Shown: one piece after another, positions 18,109 through 27,388 of the stretch
Position numbering within the stretch: the stretch's first letter is position 1
Layout: each line of letters begins with the position of its first letter
Assembly (NCBI RefSeq): GCF_036676035.1
Contig: NZ_JAKFDR010000057.1
Location: 1,572 to 65,571 of the forward strand
DNA length: 64,000 bases
Source: Polaromonas sp.
GTDB taxonomy: Bacteria; Pseudomonadota; Gammaproteobacteria; Burkholderiales; Burkholderiaceae_C
Direction: 5' to 3'
Made by a program: the position numbers and the translations under genes
The notes under the pieces: model-generated
Told to the model about the DNA's origin: nothing
What the model saw: the letters and a program-made list of their open reading frames with translations, nothing else
Databases searched by the model: none

Positions 18109-19092
18109 ATGAAAACCCGTTCCTTTCTCAAACTCGCTTTTTCCGCAGCAGTGCTTGCATCAGCCCTGAGCGCCAACGCCCAAACCACCAAAATCCGCTT
18201 TGCCCATGCCGGGCCGGAAACGGCGTCACAGCATCTGGCCGCGCTGGAATTTGCCAAACTCGTCAAGGACCGCAGCAAGGGGCAATTAGAGGTTCAGGTC
18301 TACCCGGGCAGCCAGCTGGGTAATGACTCGACCGTTTTGGGCGCTGTGCGCGGCGGCACCATCGACATGATGATGGCCGGCAGCGGCAACTTCTCGGGCA
18401 TGGCCTCGCATTTCGAGGTGCTCGACATTCCATTTTTGTTCCGTAACCCGGCCCACGCCTATGCCACGGTGGACGGTGCTGTCGGCCAGGGCCTGATGAA
18501 AGAGCTGGAAGGCAACGGCCTGAAGCAACTGGCGTTTTGGGAAGTGGGCTTTCGCTCCATCACCACCAAGAATCGCCCGGTCAGAACGCCTGCGGACGTG
18601 AAAGGTCTGAAGATCCGCACCATGGGCAACCCGGTGCATATCCAGGCCTGGAAGCTGCTGGGCACCAACCCGATTCCCATGCCTTTGGGCGAGCTGTACC
18701 AGGCACTGGAATCTGGCGCGGTGGACGCGCAGGAGCATCCGGTGGACATCACTTATGCGGCCAAGTTCTATGAAGTGCAAAAGCACCTCACGCTGACCAA
18801 ACACGCCTTTACGGCAATGCCGGTGGTCATCAACAAGGCAAAGTTTGACGGTTTCACCCCGGATCAGAAAAAGGCCTTGCTGTCCGCGGCCAGCGACTCC
18901 AAGCTTTTCCAGCGCAACCTGAATCAAAAGAACGAGGCAGGAATCATCGCGGACATGCGCAAGCAAGGCATGACGGTGATCGACACGTTTGATCCCGCGC
19001 CTTTCAAGGCACTGGTGGGCGAAGAAGTGCGCAAGTCTTACGTCGCCAAGAACGGCCCGGAGCTGCTGGTCGCGGTGGACGCCATCAAGTAA
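18109..19092 (+). CDS. dctP: TRAP transporter substrate-binding protein
   Basis: Signal peptide; GGTIDM, VGFR, DVKGLKIR, GELYQALESGAVDAQEHP. Confidence 0.92.
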   Translation: MKTRSFLKLAFSAAVLASALSANAQTTKIRFAHAGPETASQHLAALEFAKLVKDRSKGQLEVQVYPGSQLGNDSTVLGAVRGGTIDMMMAGSGNFSGMASHFEVLDIPFLFRNPAHAYATVDGAVGQGLMKELEGNGLKQLAFWEVGFRSITTKNRPVRTPADVKGLKIRTMGNPVHIQAWKLLGTNPIPMPLGELYQALESGAVDAQEHPVDITYAAKFYEVQKHLTLTKHAFTAMPVVINKAKFDGFTPDQKKALLSAASDSKLFQRNLNQKNEAGIIADMRKQGMTVIDTFDPAPFKALVGEEVRKSYVAKNGPELLVAVDAIK

Positions 19093-19113
19093 GCAGTGCG
19101 CCTGGAACCCATC

Positions 19114-19617
19114 ATGAAACTTCATTTTCTTGAGCGCGCCATCGAGTGGTTTCTCATCTCGCTGCTGGGTGTGATGATCGTGCTGGTGTTCGGTAACGTC
19201 GTCCTGCGCTACGTTTTCAACTCAGGCATCGTTTTTTCTGAAGAGGTGTCGCGCTTTGTCTTCATGTGGCTCACGCTGATAGGCGCTCTGCTGGTCATGA
19301 AAGAGAATGCCCACCTGGGCATGTCCAGCCTGGTGGACCGCCTGGGCGAGAAGGGCCAGCGCGTTTGCCGCTTTCTGGCAGACGCGCTGACGATGGCCTG
19401 CTGCGCGCTGCTGGCCCATGGCACCTGGAAACAGGTCGTCCTTGGCATGGACAACCGTTCGCCGGTGACCGATGTGCCTTTGGGACTGGTGTACCTCTGC
19501 CTGCTGATCAGCAGTGTGGGCATGGCTTGCGTGCTGGCCTGGTCGCTGTGGCGGCAGGTCACCGGGCAGATGTCCCGCGAAGAGCTGGTGTCACAGGGCA
19601 GCAGTGCCGGCGAATAA
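19114..19617 (+). CDS. dctQ: TRAP small permease
   Basis: GNVVLRYVFN, SEEVSR, four TM helices. Confidence 0.9.
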   Translation: MKLHFLERAIEWFLISLLGVMIVLVFGNVVLRYVFNSGIVFSEEVSRFVFMWLTLIGALLVMKENAHLGMSSLVDRLGEKGQRVCRFLADALTMACCALLAHGTWKQVVLGMDNRSPVTDVPLGLVYLCLLISSVGMACVLAWSLWRQVTGQMSREELVSQGSSAGE

Positions 19618-19633
19618 CAATCAAAGACAAATC

Positions 19634-20911
19634 ATGACAATCGCCATATTCCTGGCTGCCCTGCTGGGCGCCATGGCCCTCGGCATGCCCATCGCATTCG
19701 CCCTGCTGGCCTGCGGTGTAGCGCTGATGCTGCATCTCAACACTTTCGACACCCAGATCCTCGCGCAGAACCTGCTCGAAGGGGTCAACAACTACCCGCT
19801 GATGGCGGTGCCTTTCTTCATGCTGGCCGGTGAGCTGATGAACGCCGGCGGCCTGTCGCGGCGCATCGTTCACGTGGCCGACTCGCTGATCGGCCACGTG
19901 CGCGGCGGCCTGGGCTATGTCGCCATCATCGCCTGCGTGGTCGTGGCCAGCATCTCCGGCTCGGCCGTGGCCGACACCGCCGCCGTGGCCGCCCTGCTGA
20001 TACCGATGATGCGCAACGCGGGCTACAACGTGCCGCGCGCAGCGGGCCTGATCGCGGCCGGCGGCATCATTGCGCCGGTGGTCCCGCCGTCCATCGCGTT
20101 CGTGATATTCGGCGTCGCGGCCCAGATCTCGATCACCAAGCTGTTCCTGGCCGGAATATTTCCCGGCCTCATGATGGCGATCGCCCTGGCCGTGACCTGG
20201 GGACTATGCGCCCGCAAGGAGGCCCTGGTCACGCGCCGCAAGTTCGACCTGCGCCAGCTCCTTCGGGCGCTGGTCGATGGGGTCTGGGCCCTGGCCTTGC
20301 CGCTGGTCATCATAGGCGGGATGAAGGTCGGCGTGTTTACGCCCACCGAAGCGGCCGTGGTCGCCGTGGTTTATTCGCTGCTGGTGGGCTTGCTGGTCTA
20401 CCGCGAGCTCAAGCTTTCATGGTTGCCTGAGCTGATGCTCGCCGCGGCCAAGACCTCCAGCACGGTGATGTTCCTCGTGGCCTGCGCGCTGGTGTCGGCC
20501 TGGCTCATCACCATCGCGGATATTCCGGCACAGGCCACGGCGCTGCTGACGCCCTTCATGGAGAACCCAAAGCTCTTGATGTTCATGATCATGATCCTGG
20601 TCATCGTGGTCGGCACCGCGCTGGACCTGATGCCCACCGTGCTGATCCTCACGCCCATCCTGATGCCCGTGATCCGTCAGGCCGGCATAGACCCCGTCTA
20701 TTTCGGCGTGATGTTCATCATGAACAACGCGATTGGCCTGCTGACGCCGCCGGTAGGCACGGTGCTCAACGTCGTGGCCGGGGTGGCCAAAACCAACCTG
20801 GACAACGTGATCAAGGGGGTTTGGCCCTTCCTTCTGGCACAGACGGCATTGCTGTTCCTGTTTGTGCTGTTCCCGCAGCTGGTGATGGTGCCAGCGGCCT
20901 GGTTCCGCTGA
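19634..20911 (+). CDS. dctM: TRAP large permease
   Basis: AVPFFMLAGELMNAGG, ISGSAVAD, PPSI, FTPTEAA, LTPPVG. Confidence 0.93.
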   Translation: MTIAIFLAALLGAMALGMPIAFALLACGVALMLHLNTFDTQILAQNLLEGVNNYPLMAVPFFMLAGELMNAGGLSRRIVHVADSLIGHVRGGLGYVAIIACVVVASISGSAVADTAAVAALLIPMMRNAGYNVPRAAGLIAAGGIIAPVVPPSIAFVIFGVAAQISITKLFLAGIFPGLMMAIALAVTWGLCARKEALVTRRKFDLRQLLRALVDGVWALALPLVIIGGMKVGVFTPTEAAVVAVVYSLLVGLLVYRELKLSWLPELMLAAAKTSSTVMFLVACALVSAWLITIADIPAQATALLTPFMENPKLLMFMIMILVIVVGTALDLMPTVLILTPILMPVIRQAGIDPVYFGVMFIMNNAIGLLTPPVGTVLNVVAGVAKTNLDNVIKGVWPFLLAQTALLFLFVLFPQLVMVPAAWFR

Positions 20912-20953
20912 AGCGCACCGGCCTCCATTCCAAGCTTACAACCCAGGAAAAAC

Positions 20954-21898
20954 ATGTCTCTTCAGGAAACACTCTTGCTGGTGCAGAAATGCGCCCACAC
21001 CTTCAGCTTCTACGACCTGGCCACCGGCCAGGCTGAAAAGCACATCGTGCTGCCCAACTTTCCGCACGAGTTCACGGTAGACCCGGTGCGCCGGCGCGCC
21101 TATGTGGGCCACTACGGCATCGAGACCGCCAGCCACCTGGGCGACGCGGGCGGGCACTCCGTCTTCGTGATCGATCTGGACCGACGTGAACATGTGGCCA
21201 CGCTCAACATCTGGCCTTTCTATCGCCCGCATGGCCTGACGGTGGACGCCGAAGGCCGCCTGTACGTGATGTCGGAGGCGCACAACACGCTGCTGCGTTT
21301 CTCGGACCCGGTCAACCGCCATGTGCCCGACCTGGCCGTGCCCTCAGGCGGCTACAAGACTCATTTGTTCGCATTGACGAAGGATGCGCAGACAGCCTAT
21401 GCCCTCAACCTGCTGTCGAACACGGTCACCAAAATCAAACCGAATGACCCGACCTTCACACCGGTGGCCATGGTGCCGGGCCCGGTGCCTGAGGGCAATG
21501 TGCTGTCGGCGGATGAGTCGCTGCTGTATGTGGCCAACCGGGGCGACGACACCATCGTCGCCGTCGACACGACCAGCATGAAAGTCGTCGCGTCGGGCAA
21601 GACGCGGCGCGACCCGAACCGGGTCTACCGCTTCCGCAGCGCGCAGGGCCAGGACCTGCTGCTGACCACCAATTCCGGCGAGCATTCGCTGTCGGTGTTC
21701 GGCACCGATCTGCAAGAGCAGCGCTGCTTTGCCCTGCCCAGCAATCCGCTGGCGCTGTCCTTCCATCCGGTGGACCGTGCGGTCTACATCTCGTTCCAGG
21801 ACGAGACGGTACGTCGCCTCAACCTCGACAGTTTCGAGTTCGAGCAAGCGATCAAGACCCTGCGCGAACCCGATTCTTCCTACGTGTGGCAACACTGA
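20954..21898 (+). CDS. YVTN/YncE-like beta-propeller protein without a signal peptide
   Basis: Repeated blades (FPHEFTVD, RPHGLTVD, VPEGNVLS..LYVANRGDDTI, NPLALSF); no N-terminal hydrophobic stretch. Confidence 0.7.
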   Translation: MSLQETLLLVQKCAHTFSFYDLATGQAEKHIVLPNFPHEFTVDPVRRRAYVGHYGIETASHLGDAGGHSVFVIDLDRREHVATLNIWPFYRPHGLTVDAEGRLYVMSEAHNTLLRFSDPVNRHVPDLAVPSGGYKTHLFALTKDAQTAYALNLLSNTVTKIKPNDPTFTPVAMVPGPVPEGNVLSADESLLYVANRGDDTIVAVDTTSMKVVASGKTRRDPNRVYRFRSAQGQDLLLTTNSGEHSLSVFGTDLQEQRCFALPSNPLALSFHPVDRAVYISFQDETVRRLNLDSFEFEQAIKTLREPDSSYVWQH

Positions 21899-21929
21899 GG
21901 TTCACCCAAACCCTGCCCGAGTACCTTCA

Positions 21930-22883
21930 GTGAATCCTTCGCCCACCCCCCCAAATGTCCTGTCCGTGGTGGACGCGCACCATCATCTGTGGGACTTGTC
22001 GCGCGGCCGCTACCCGTGGCTGCAGCAAGCGTACAACCCGCAGGAATTCTTTCTGGGCGACTATGCTGCGTTGTGCCGGGACTTCTTGCCCGCAGACTAC
22101 CGCGCGGCAAGCGCGGGTGTTCAAGTGTTGGCAACGGTACACGTCGAGGCCGAGCGTGACCGTAGCGAGCAGGTGCTTGAGACCGCCTGGCTGCATGAGA
22201 TGAGCGCCTCGCATGGTTTTCCCAATGCCGTGGTGGCGCATGCCTGGTTCGACAGGCCCGATACGGAGGAGTGTCTGCTCAGCCATCTGCGCTATCCGCT
22301 GGTACGGGGTATCCGCAGCAAGCCGGTGACATCGGCAACGCCAGGGCAAACCGTGGCGGGGCAGCCAGGCAGCATGCAGGACGAGGCCTGGCTGCGCGGC
22401 TTTTCGCTGCTGCAAAAATACGGGTTGAGCTGGGACATGCGCGTACCCGCCTGGCACTTGCCCGAAGCGGCCCAGGTCGCGGCCATGTTTCCGCTGGTGC
22501 CCATGGTGCTCAACCACCACGGCTTTGCCTGGGACCGCAGTGAAGAAGGCCTCCGGCGCTGGCGTGGCTGGATGGGAACACTCGCACGCCAGCCGAATGT
22601 GCATGTGAAGCTCTCCGAATTCGGCCTGCGCGACCAACCCTGGAACTGGGAGGAGAACGCCCGCATCGTGCGCGACACGCTGGCCATCTTCGGCTGGCAG
22701 CGCTGCATGTTCGCCAGCAACTTTCCGGTGGCGCGCCTGCGTATCGGCTTTCAACCCCTGGTAGAGGCTATCTGGCGTATGCTGGATGGTCTCACCCACG
22801 ATCAGCAACAGGCCGTGATGAGCGGCAATGCACTGCGCTTTTACCGCATTGATCTTCCACCCACTTCAGACGTGAATATATGA
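21930..22883 (+). CDS. amidohydrolase-2 family, sugar lactonase-like
   Basis: VDAHHHLW, MVLNHHG, VKLSE, MFASNFP; ATGA overlap with the ALDH. Confidence 0.8.
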   Translation: MNPSPTPPNVLSVVDAHHHLWDLSRGRYPWLQQAYNPQEFFLGDYAALCRDFLPADYRAASAGVQVLATVHVEAERDRSEQVLETAWLHEMSASHGFPNAVVAHAWFDRPDTEECLLSHLRYPLVRGIRSKPVTSATPGQTVAGQPGSMQDEAWLRGFSLLQKYGLSWDMRVPAWHLPEAAQVAAMFPLVPMVLNHHGFAWDRSEEGLRRWRGWMGTLARQPNVHVKLSEFGLRDQPWNWEENARIVRDTLAIFGWQRCMFASNFPVARLRIGFQPLVEAIWRMLDGLTHDQQQAVMSGNALRFYRIDLPPTSDVNI

Positions 22884-24328
22884 CCACCTTCAACAACCTT
22901 ATCAACGGCCAATGGCTGGCGGCCAGCAGCACCAGCGCCAACCTCAACCCGTCGGACCTGTCCGATGTGATTGGCCAGTATGCCCAGGCCGATGCGGCAA
23001 CACTCGATGCCGCTGTACAGGCTGCGCAGGCGGCTTTTCCCGCCTGGTCCTCCGCCGGCATTCAGGCCCGTTCGGATGCACTCGACAAGATAGGCACCGA
23101 AATCCTGGCCCGCAAGGAAGAGCTGGGCACGCTGCTGTCCCGCGAAGAAGGCAAGACCAAGCCGGAAGGCATTGGCGAAGCCACCCGCGCCGGCCATATC
23201 TTCAAGTTCTTTGCCGGCGAGTGCCTGCGCCTGTCGGGCGAAACCCTGCCCTCCGTGCGCCCGAATATCGGCGTGGAAATCACCCGCGAGCCGGTAGGCG
23301 TGGTGGGCCTGATCACGCCCTGGAATTTCCCGATCGCGATTCCGGCCTGGAAGATTGCGCCGGCGCTGGCCTTTGGCAACTGCGTGGTGTTAAAGCCGGC
23401 CGATCTGGTGCCGGGCAGCGCCTGGGCCCTGGCCGAGATCATCTCGCGCTCTGGTATTCCGGCCGGCGTTTTCAACCTGGTCATGGGGCCGGGCCGGGTC
23501 ATCGGTGATGCGCTGGTCAATCACCCGGGCATCAATGCCATCAGCTTCACCGGCTCGGTCGGGGTGGGTGGGCGCATTGCGCTGGCCTGCGCCAAAAACC
23601 TGAAGAAGGTGCAGCTCGAAATGGGCGGCAAAAACCCGCAAGTCATTCTGGACGATGCGGACCTGGCCCGGGCGGTGGAACTGAGCACACAAAGCGCGTT
23701 TTACTCCACCGGCCAGCGCTGCACCGCGTCCAGCCGGTTGATCGTGACCGAAGGCATCTACCCGGCCTTTGTCAAAGCCCTGCAGGAGCGCATGGCCCGC
23801 ATCAAGGTCGGTGATGCGCTGACCGCCGGCACCGACATCGGCCCGGTGTCCTCACAAGCGCAACTCGAGCAGGACCTGAGCTACCTTGAAATCGGCAAGG
23901 CCGAGGGTGCGACGCTGGCCATGGGCGGCGAACGCGTCAAGTGCCACACCGGCAGCAGCGCCGAAGGCTACTTCATGGCCCCGGCGCTGTTCAGCGAGAG
24001 CACCGCCACCATGCGTATCAACCGCGAAGAAATCTTTGGCCCGGTGGCCAGCATCATCCGCGTCAAGGACTACGAAGCCGCGCTGGCCACCGCCAACGAC
24101 ACGCCGTTTGGCCTGTCCGCCGGCATTGCCACCACCAGCCTGAAATACGCCACACATTTCAAACGGCACAGCCAGGCCGGCATGGTCATGGTGAACCTGC
24201 CCACCGCCGGGGTCGACTACCACGTGCCATTTGGTGGGCGCAAGGGCTCCAGCTACGGACCGCGCGAACAGGGCAAGTATGCGCAGGAGTTTTTCACGAC
24301 GGTCAAAACCGCCTACACGCTGGCTTGA
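22880..24328 (+). CDS. aldehyde dehydrogenase, alpha-ketoglutaric semialdehyde dehydrogenase-like
   Basis: TPWNFP, FTGS, LEMGGKNP, GQRCTA, EEIFGP, PFGGRKGS. Confidence 0.88.
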   Translation: MTTFNNLINGQWLAASSTSANLNPSDLSDVIGQYAQADAATLDAAVQAAQAAFPAWSSAGIQARSDALDKIGTEILARKEELGTLLSREEGKTKPEGIGEATRAGHIFKFFAGECLRLSGETLPSVRPNIGVEITREPVGVVGLITPWNFPIAIPAWKIAPALAFGNCVVLKPADLVPGSAWALAEIISRSGIPAGVFNLVMGPGRVIGDALVNHPGINAISFTGSVGVGGRIALACAKNLKKVQLEMGGKNPQVILDDADLARAVELSTQSAFYSTGQRCTASSRLIVTEGIYPAFVKALQERMARIKVGDALTAGTDIGPVSSQAQLEQDLSYLEIGKAEGATLAMGGERVKCHTGSSAEGYFMAPALFSESTATMRINREEIFGPVASIIRVKDYEAALATANDTPFGLSAGIATTSLKYATHFKRHSQAGMVMVNLPTAGVDYHVPFGGRKGSSYGPREQGKYAQEFFTTVKTAYTLA

Positions 24329-24362
24329 AGGTCATGCAGTTGCGAAACCGGGTAGAGACATT

Positions 24363-24416
24363 TGCTATTTAATTGATAGCTTGTTGCAACCGTATCCAGA
24401 CGGCTGCGGCCATAAA
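24363..24416 (-). repeat. 54-bp GCTAT-N7-ATAGC repeat (intergenic)
   Basis: tgctatttaattgatagcttgttgcaacc...ggctgcggccataaa. Confidence 0.75.
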
Positions 24417-24466
24417 AGGCTATAAAAAATCAGTGTTATCCGCATCCGAAGTTTGCGGATCAATGC

Positions 24467-24746
24467 TCACCGTAAAAGCGGGGCCAGATCCCCGCCAATA
24501 CGGCCCACGTGGCGAATTTCGCCGTCGCGCCCAGCGTCTGCCGTGGCAATGTCGATGCTGTTCTTGTGCACGTCCAAACCCACGTACAGGGTGATAGAGT
24601 TACGCATGGCTCGTCTCCTTGCAACTTCACAACGACCCCAGCGCCCATCGCTGCGGTGCATTGTTGTAGCTCGGCACGCCTCAGGCGCGCAATCTACGTT
24701 GTTGCAGGAGTCGGGCCGTCCGAATTCATGAAGCCATTTTGTCTAG
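24467..24746 (-). mobile_element. IS110-family remnant: truncated transposase 5' end plus upstream non-coding end
   Basis: ATG 24607: MRNSITLYVGLDVHKNSIDIA..GEIRHVGRIGGDLA (IS110 RuvC-like N-terminus), stop after 46 codons; upstream imperfect long stem 24608-24625 / 24701-24717; element end guessed at GTCTAG ~24746. Confidence 0.8.
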
Positions 24747-24787
24747 ACGGCATGGCTCAGCCAAACTGCGTTGAGAAGGCTCCAGAT

Positions 24788-25384
24788 ATGAACCATCCAT
24801 TGCGATGCAGATGCGGAACTTTGAAAGGCTACGTCAGCCACCCGGAGAAAGTGAGCCGAGGCGTGTGCTACTGCAGAGACTGTCAAGCCTTTGCGCACTT
24901 CCTGGGCACGACCGGCGACATTCTGGACGAGATGGGAGGAACGGACGTTGTCGCAACCCTACCCAAGTACGTCACTTTCACTCAAGGCGTTGACGCCCTC
25001 GCTTGCATGTCCCTCACAGAGACCGGAATGCTGCGTTGGTATGCGAGTTGCTGCAACACGCCTATCGGCAACACCCCGCGTGACTTCAAGGTTTCTCACG
25101 TCGGCCTCATTCACACTTGCTTGGAAGATCCCCCGAGAACCTTGGAGAGTTCTTTCGGCCCCGTCCGCATGCGGGTGAACACAAAGCACGCCAAAGGCAA
25201 GCCAAAGTTAATGCCGATAAGCACAACCGCATCAGTTCTTCGGTTCATGAGTTCACTGATCCGCGCTCGCCTGGATGGCAGCTACAAGAGCACACCGTTC
25301 TTTGACCCGGATCGGGGAACCCCTTTCGTACCGCCAAAGGTGCTCACCAGCAGTGAGCGAGAGCGAGTGATGAATGCCATCTAA
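24788..25384 (+). CDS. DUF6151 / GFA-like Cys-rich protein, cassette-like
   Basis: LRCRCG, CYCRDCQ, RWYASCCNTPIGN; stop codon lies in ATCTAAC (RYYYAAC). Confidence 0.75.
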   Translation: MNHPLRCRCGTLKGYVSHPEKVSRGVCYCRDCQAFAHFLGTTGDILDEMGGTDVVATLPKYVTFTQGVDALACMSLTETGMLRWYASCCNTPIGNTPRDFKVSHVGLIHTCLEDPPRTLESSFGPVRMRVNTKHAKGKPKLMPISTTASVLRFMSSLIRARLDGSYKSTPFFDPDRGTPFVPPKVLTSSERERVMNAI

Positions 25385-25394
25385 CACGTTAGAC
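25379..25394 (+). other. collapsed attC-like junction
   Basis: ATCTAAC (RYYYAAC)-AC-GTTAGAC (GTTRRRY), between two short co-oriented ORFs. Confidence 0.5.
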
Positions 25395-25431
25395 CGCTAA
25401 CACTTTTCATTTCCGCGCACGGAGATAGAAC

Positions 25432-25617
25432 ATGAAGCCCTTCACTACCATCGCAGTTGCTCTCTTCTCGCTAATCGCGTTGCTTCAGCTGCTGCGCGTT
25501 CTGCTGGGCTGGGAGGTGGTTGTCAACGGGGTGCATATTCCACTCTGGGTGAGCGGGGTCGCGTTTGCCGTCACAGCAGGGCTTGCGGCAATGGTGTGGC
25601 GGGAAAATCGCCCGTAA
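25432..25617 (+). CDS. small two-TM membrane protein
   Basis: 61 aa with two hydrophobic helices; GGAG SD. Confidence 0.65.
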   Translation: MKPFTTIAVALFSLIALLQLLRVLLGWEVVVNGVHIPLWVSGVAFAVTAGLAAMVWRENRP

Positions 25618-25749
25618 AACATCAACCTAAACTTACCTCTGTTCAAGCAAACTTCAGAGTCACTCCCGCGCTAAGACGCAGTGCCAGTCGAACAGGCCAA
25701 GGCAGTTCTTCGGAAGATGAACTTTGACAGGCGCTTCAAACTGGAGAAT

Positions 25750-25805
25750 GTTTAACACTTCAGTCAAGTAGCGCCTACGGCGTCAGCTTGACCCCAACGT
25801 CAAAG
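25750..25805 (+). other. degenerate attC-like site
   Basis: GTTTAAC...GTCAAG-TAG-CGCC-TAC-GGCG-TCAG-CTTGAC...GTCAAAG; nested inverted repeats, imperfect right core. Confidence 0.45.
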
Positions 25806-25937
25806 AGCTCGGATATTCGAGGGCGCGCGGTACCCTTCCAATACGCTTTAATCCGGATTCAGGCAATGTTTGATGCGCATCCCGCACTCAGAAAAGGCGG
25901 ATGCCTTCGGGTTGCGCTAACCGCGCGCCCTTTATTT

Positions 25938-25991
25938 TGCTATTAATTTAATAGCTCCTTGTGCCCGTTTTTAAAGGGCCAGAAGCCTATT
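25938..25991 (-). repeat. 54-bp repeat (intergenic)
   Basis: tgctattaatttaatagctccttgtgcccgtttttaaagggccagaagcctatt. Confidence 0.8.
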
Positions 25992-26008
25992 TACCTCAAG
26001 AAAACGGA

Positions 26009-27340
26009 TCAGGCACGCACGGTATCGGCCACGCGCTCGGCGCAAGCTTGGGCCTGCTGGGCGTCGCGCGCCTCAACCATCACCCGCAGCAGCGGCTCGG
26101 TGCCGCTGGCGCGGATCAGCACGCGGCCGCTGTCGCCCAACTCGGCCTCTACGGTTTTGGTCACAGCGGCCAGCTGCGCGCTGCTTTTCCAGTCTTGCCC
26201 GGGCTTGAGCCGTACATTGATCAGAGTCTGGGGAAACAGCACCACATCGCCAAGCAACTGCGCAATCGTCTTGCCGCTGCGCACGCAAGCCTGCAGCACC
26301 TGCAGCGCGCTGATCAGGCCGTCGCCGGTGGTGTGTTTGTCCAGCGCCAGCAGGTGGCCCGAACCTTCGCCGCCCAGCAGCCAGCCGCGCTTGTCGAGTT
26401 CTTCGAGCACATAGCGGTCACCCACCTTGGCGCGCACAAACTCGACGCCCTTGCGTTGTAGGGCCACCTCCACGGCCATGTTGGTCATCAACGTGCCGAC
26501 CGTGCCGGGCACTTTTTCGCCGCGCGCCAGCCGCTCGCTGACCATCAGGAACAGCACCTCATCGCCGTTGAACAGGCGGCCCGTGGCGTCCACCAGCTGC
26601 AGCCGGTCGGCGTCACCGTCCAGCGCGATGCCGTAGTCGGCATGGTTGGCCTTGACGGCACGGATCAAGGCTTCGGGGTGCGTGGCGCCCACCTCGTGGT
26701 TGATGTTCATGCCGTCGGGCGCGCAGCCGATGGCGATGACTTCGGCGCCCAGTTCGTGAAAGACCTTGGGCGCAATGTGATAGGCCGCACCATGCGCGCC
26801 ATCGACCACGATCTTGAGCCCCTTGAGGGTCAGGTCATTGGCAAAGGTGCTCTTGCAGAACTCGATGTAGCGGCCCGCCGCGTCATCCAGCCGGCGTGTC
26901 TTGCCCAGGGTAGCCGAGTCGGCCCATACCGGGGGTTCCTCGAGCGCAGCTTCGACGTCCCGCTCCCAGGCGTCGGACAGCTTGGTGCCCTGGGCGCTGA
27001 AAAACTTGATGCCGTTGTCCGGGTAGGCATTGTGGCTGGCGCTGATGACCACGCCCAGGCTGGCGCGCTGCGCCCGCGTGAGGTAGGCCACACCCGGTGT
27101 CGGCAGGGGCCCGAGCAGCACCACGTCGACGCCGGCCGAGTTGAAACCCGACTCCAGTGCGCTTTCCAGCATGTAGCCCGAAATGCGTGTGTCTTTGCCA
27201 ATCAGGACCGTGGGGCGCGCCTCGGTTTTCTTGAGCACACGGCCCACGGCGTGCGCCAGGCGCAGCACAAAGTCAGGCGTGATGGGCGGCTGCCCCACGG
27301 TGCCCCGAATGCCATCTGTTCCGAAATACTGTCTGGTCAT
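26009..27340 (-). CDS. glmM: phosphoglucosamine mutase
   Basis: [36 protein letters not shown]. Confidence 0.97.
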   Translation of the reverse strand: MTRQYFGTDGIRGTVGQPPITPDFVLRLAHAVGRVLKKTEARPTVLIGKDTRISGYMLESALESGFNSAGVDVVLLGPLPTPGVAYLTRAQRASLGVVISASHNAYPDNGIKFFSAQGTKLSDAWERDVEAALEEPPVWADSATLGKTRRLDDAAGRYIEFCKSTFANDLTLKGLKIVVDGAHGAAYHIAPKVFHELGAEVIAIGCAPDGMNINHEVGATHPEALIRAVKANHADYGIALDGDADRLQLVDATGRLFNGDEVLFLMVSERLARGEKVPGTVGTLMTNMAVEVALQRKGVEFVRAKVGDRYVLEELDKRGWLLGGEGSGHLLALDKHTTGDGLISALQVLQACVRSGKTIAQLLGDVVLFPQTLINVRLKPGQDWKSSAQLAAVTKTVEAELGDSGRVLIRASGTEPLLRVMVEARDAQQAQACAERVADTVRA

Positions 27341-27388
27341 TGCCATCTTTTCCGCGGGGCTTGCCCGGCTTGTTATGAGCTGCTTATT

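Noticed and set aside
24509-24787. N-terminal extension of the DUF6151 ORF in the ORF track
   Set aside because: It is the antisense of the IS110 stub; the real start is probably ATG 24788.
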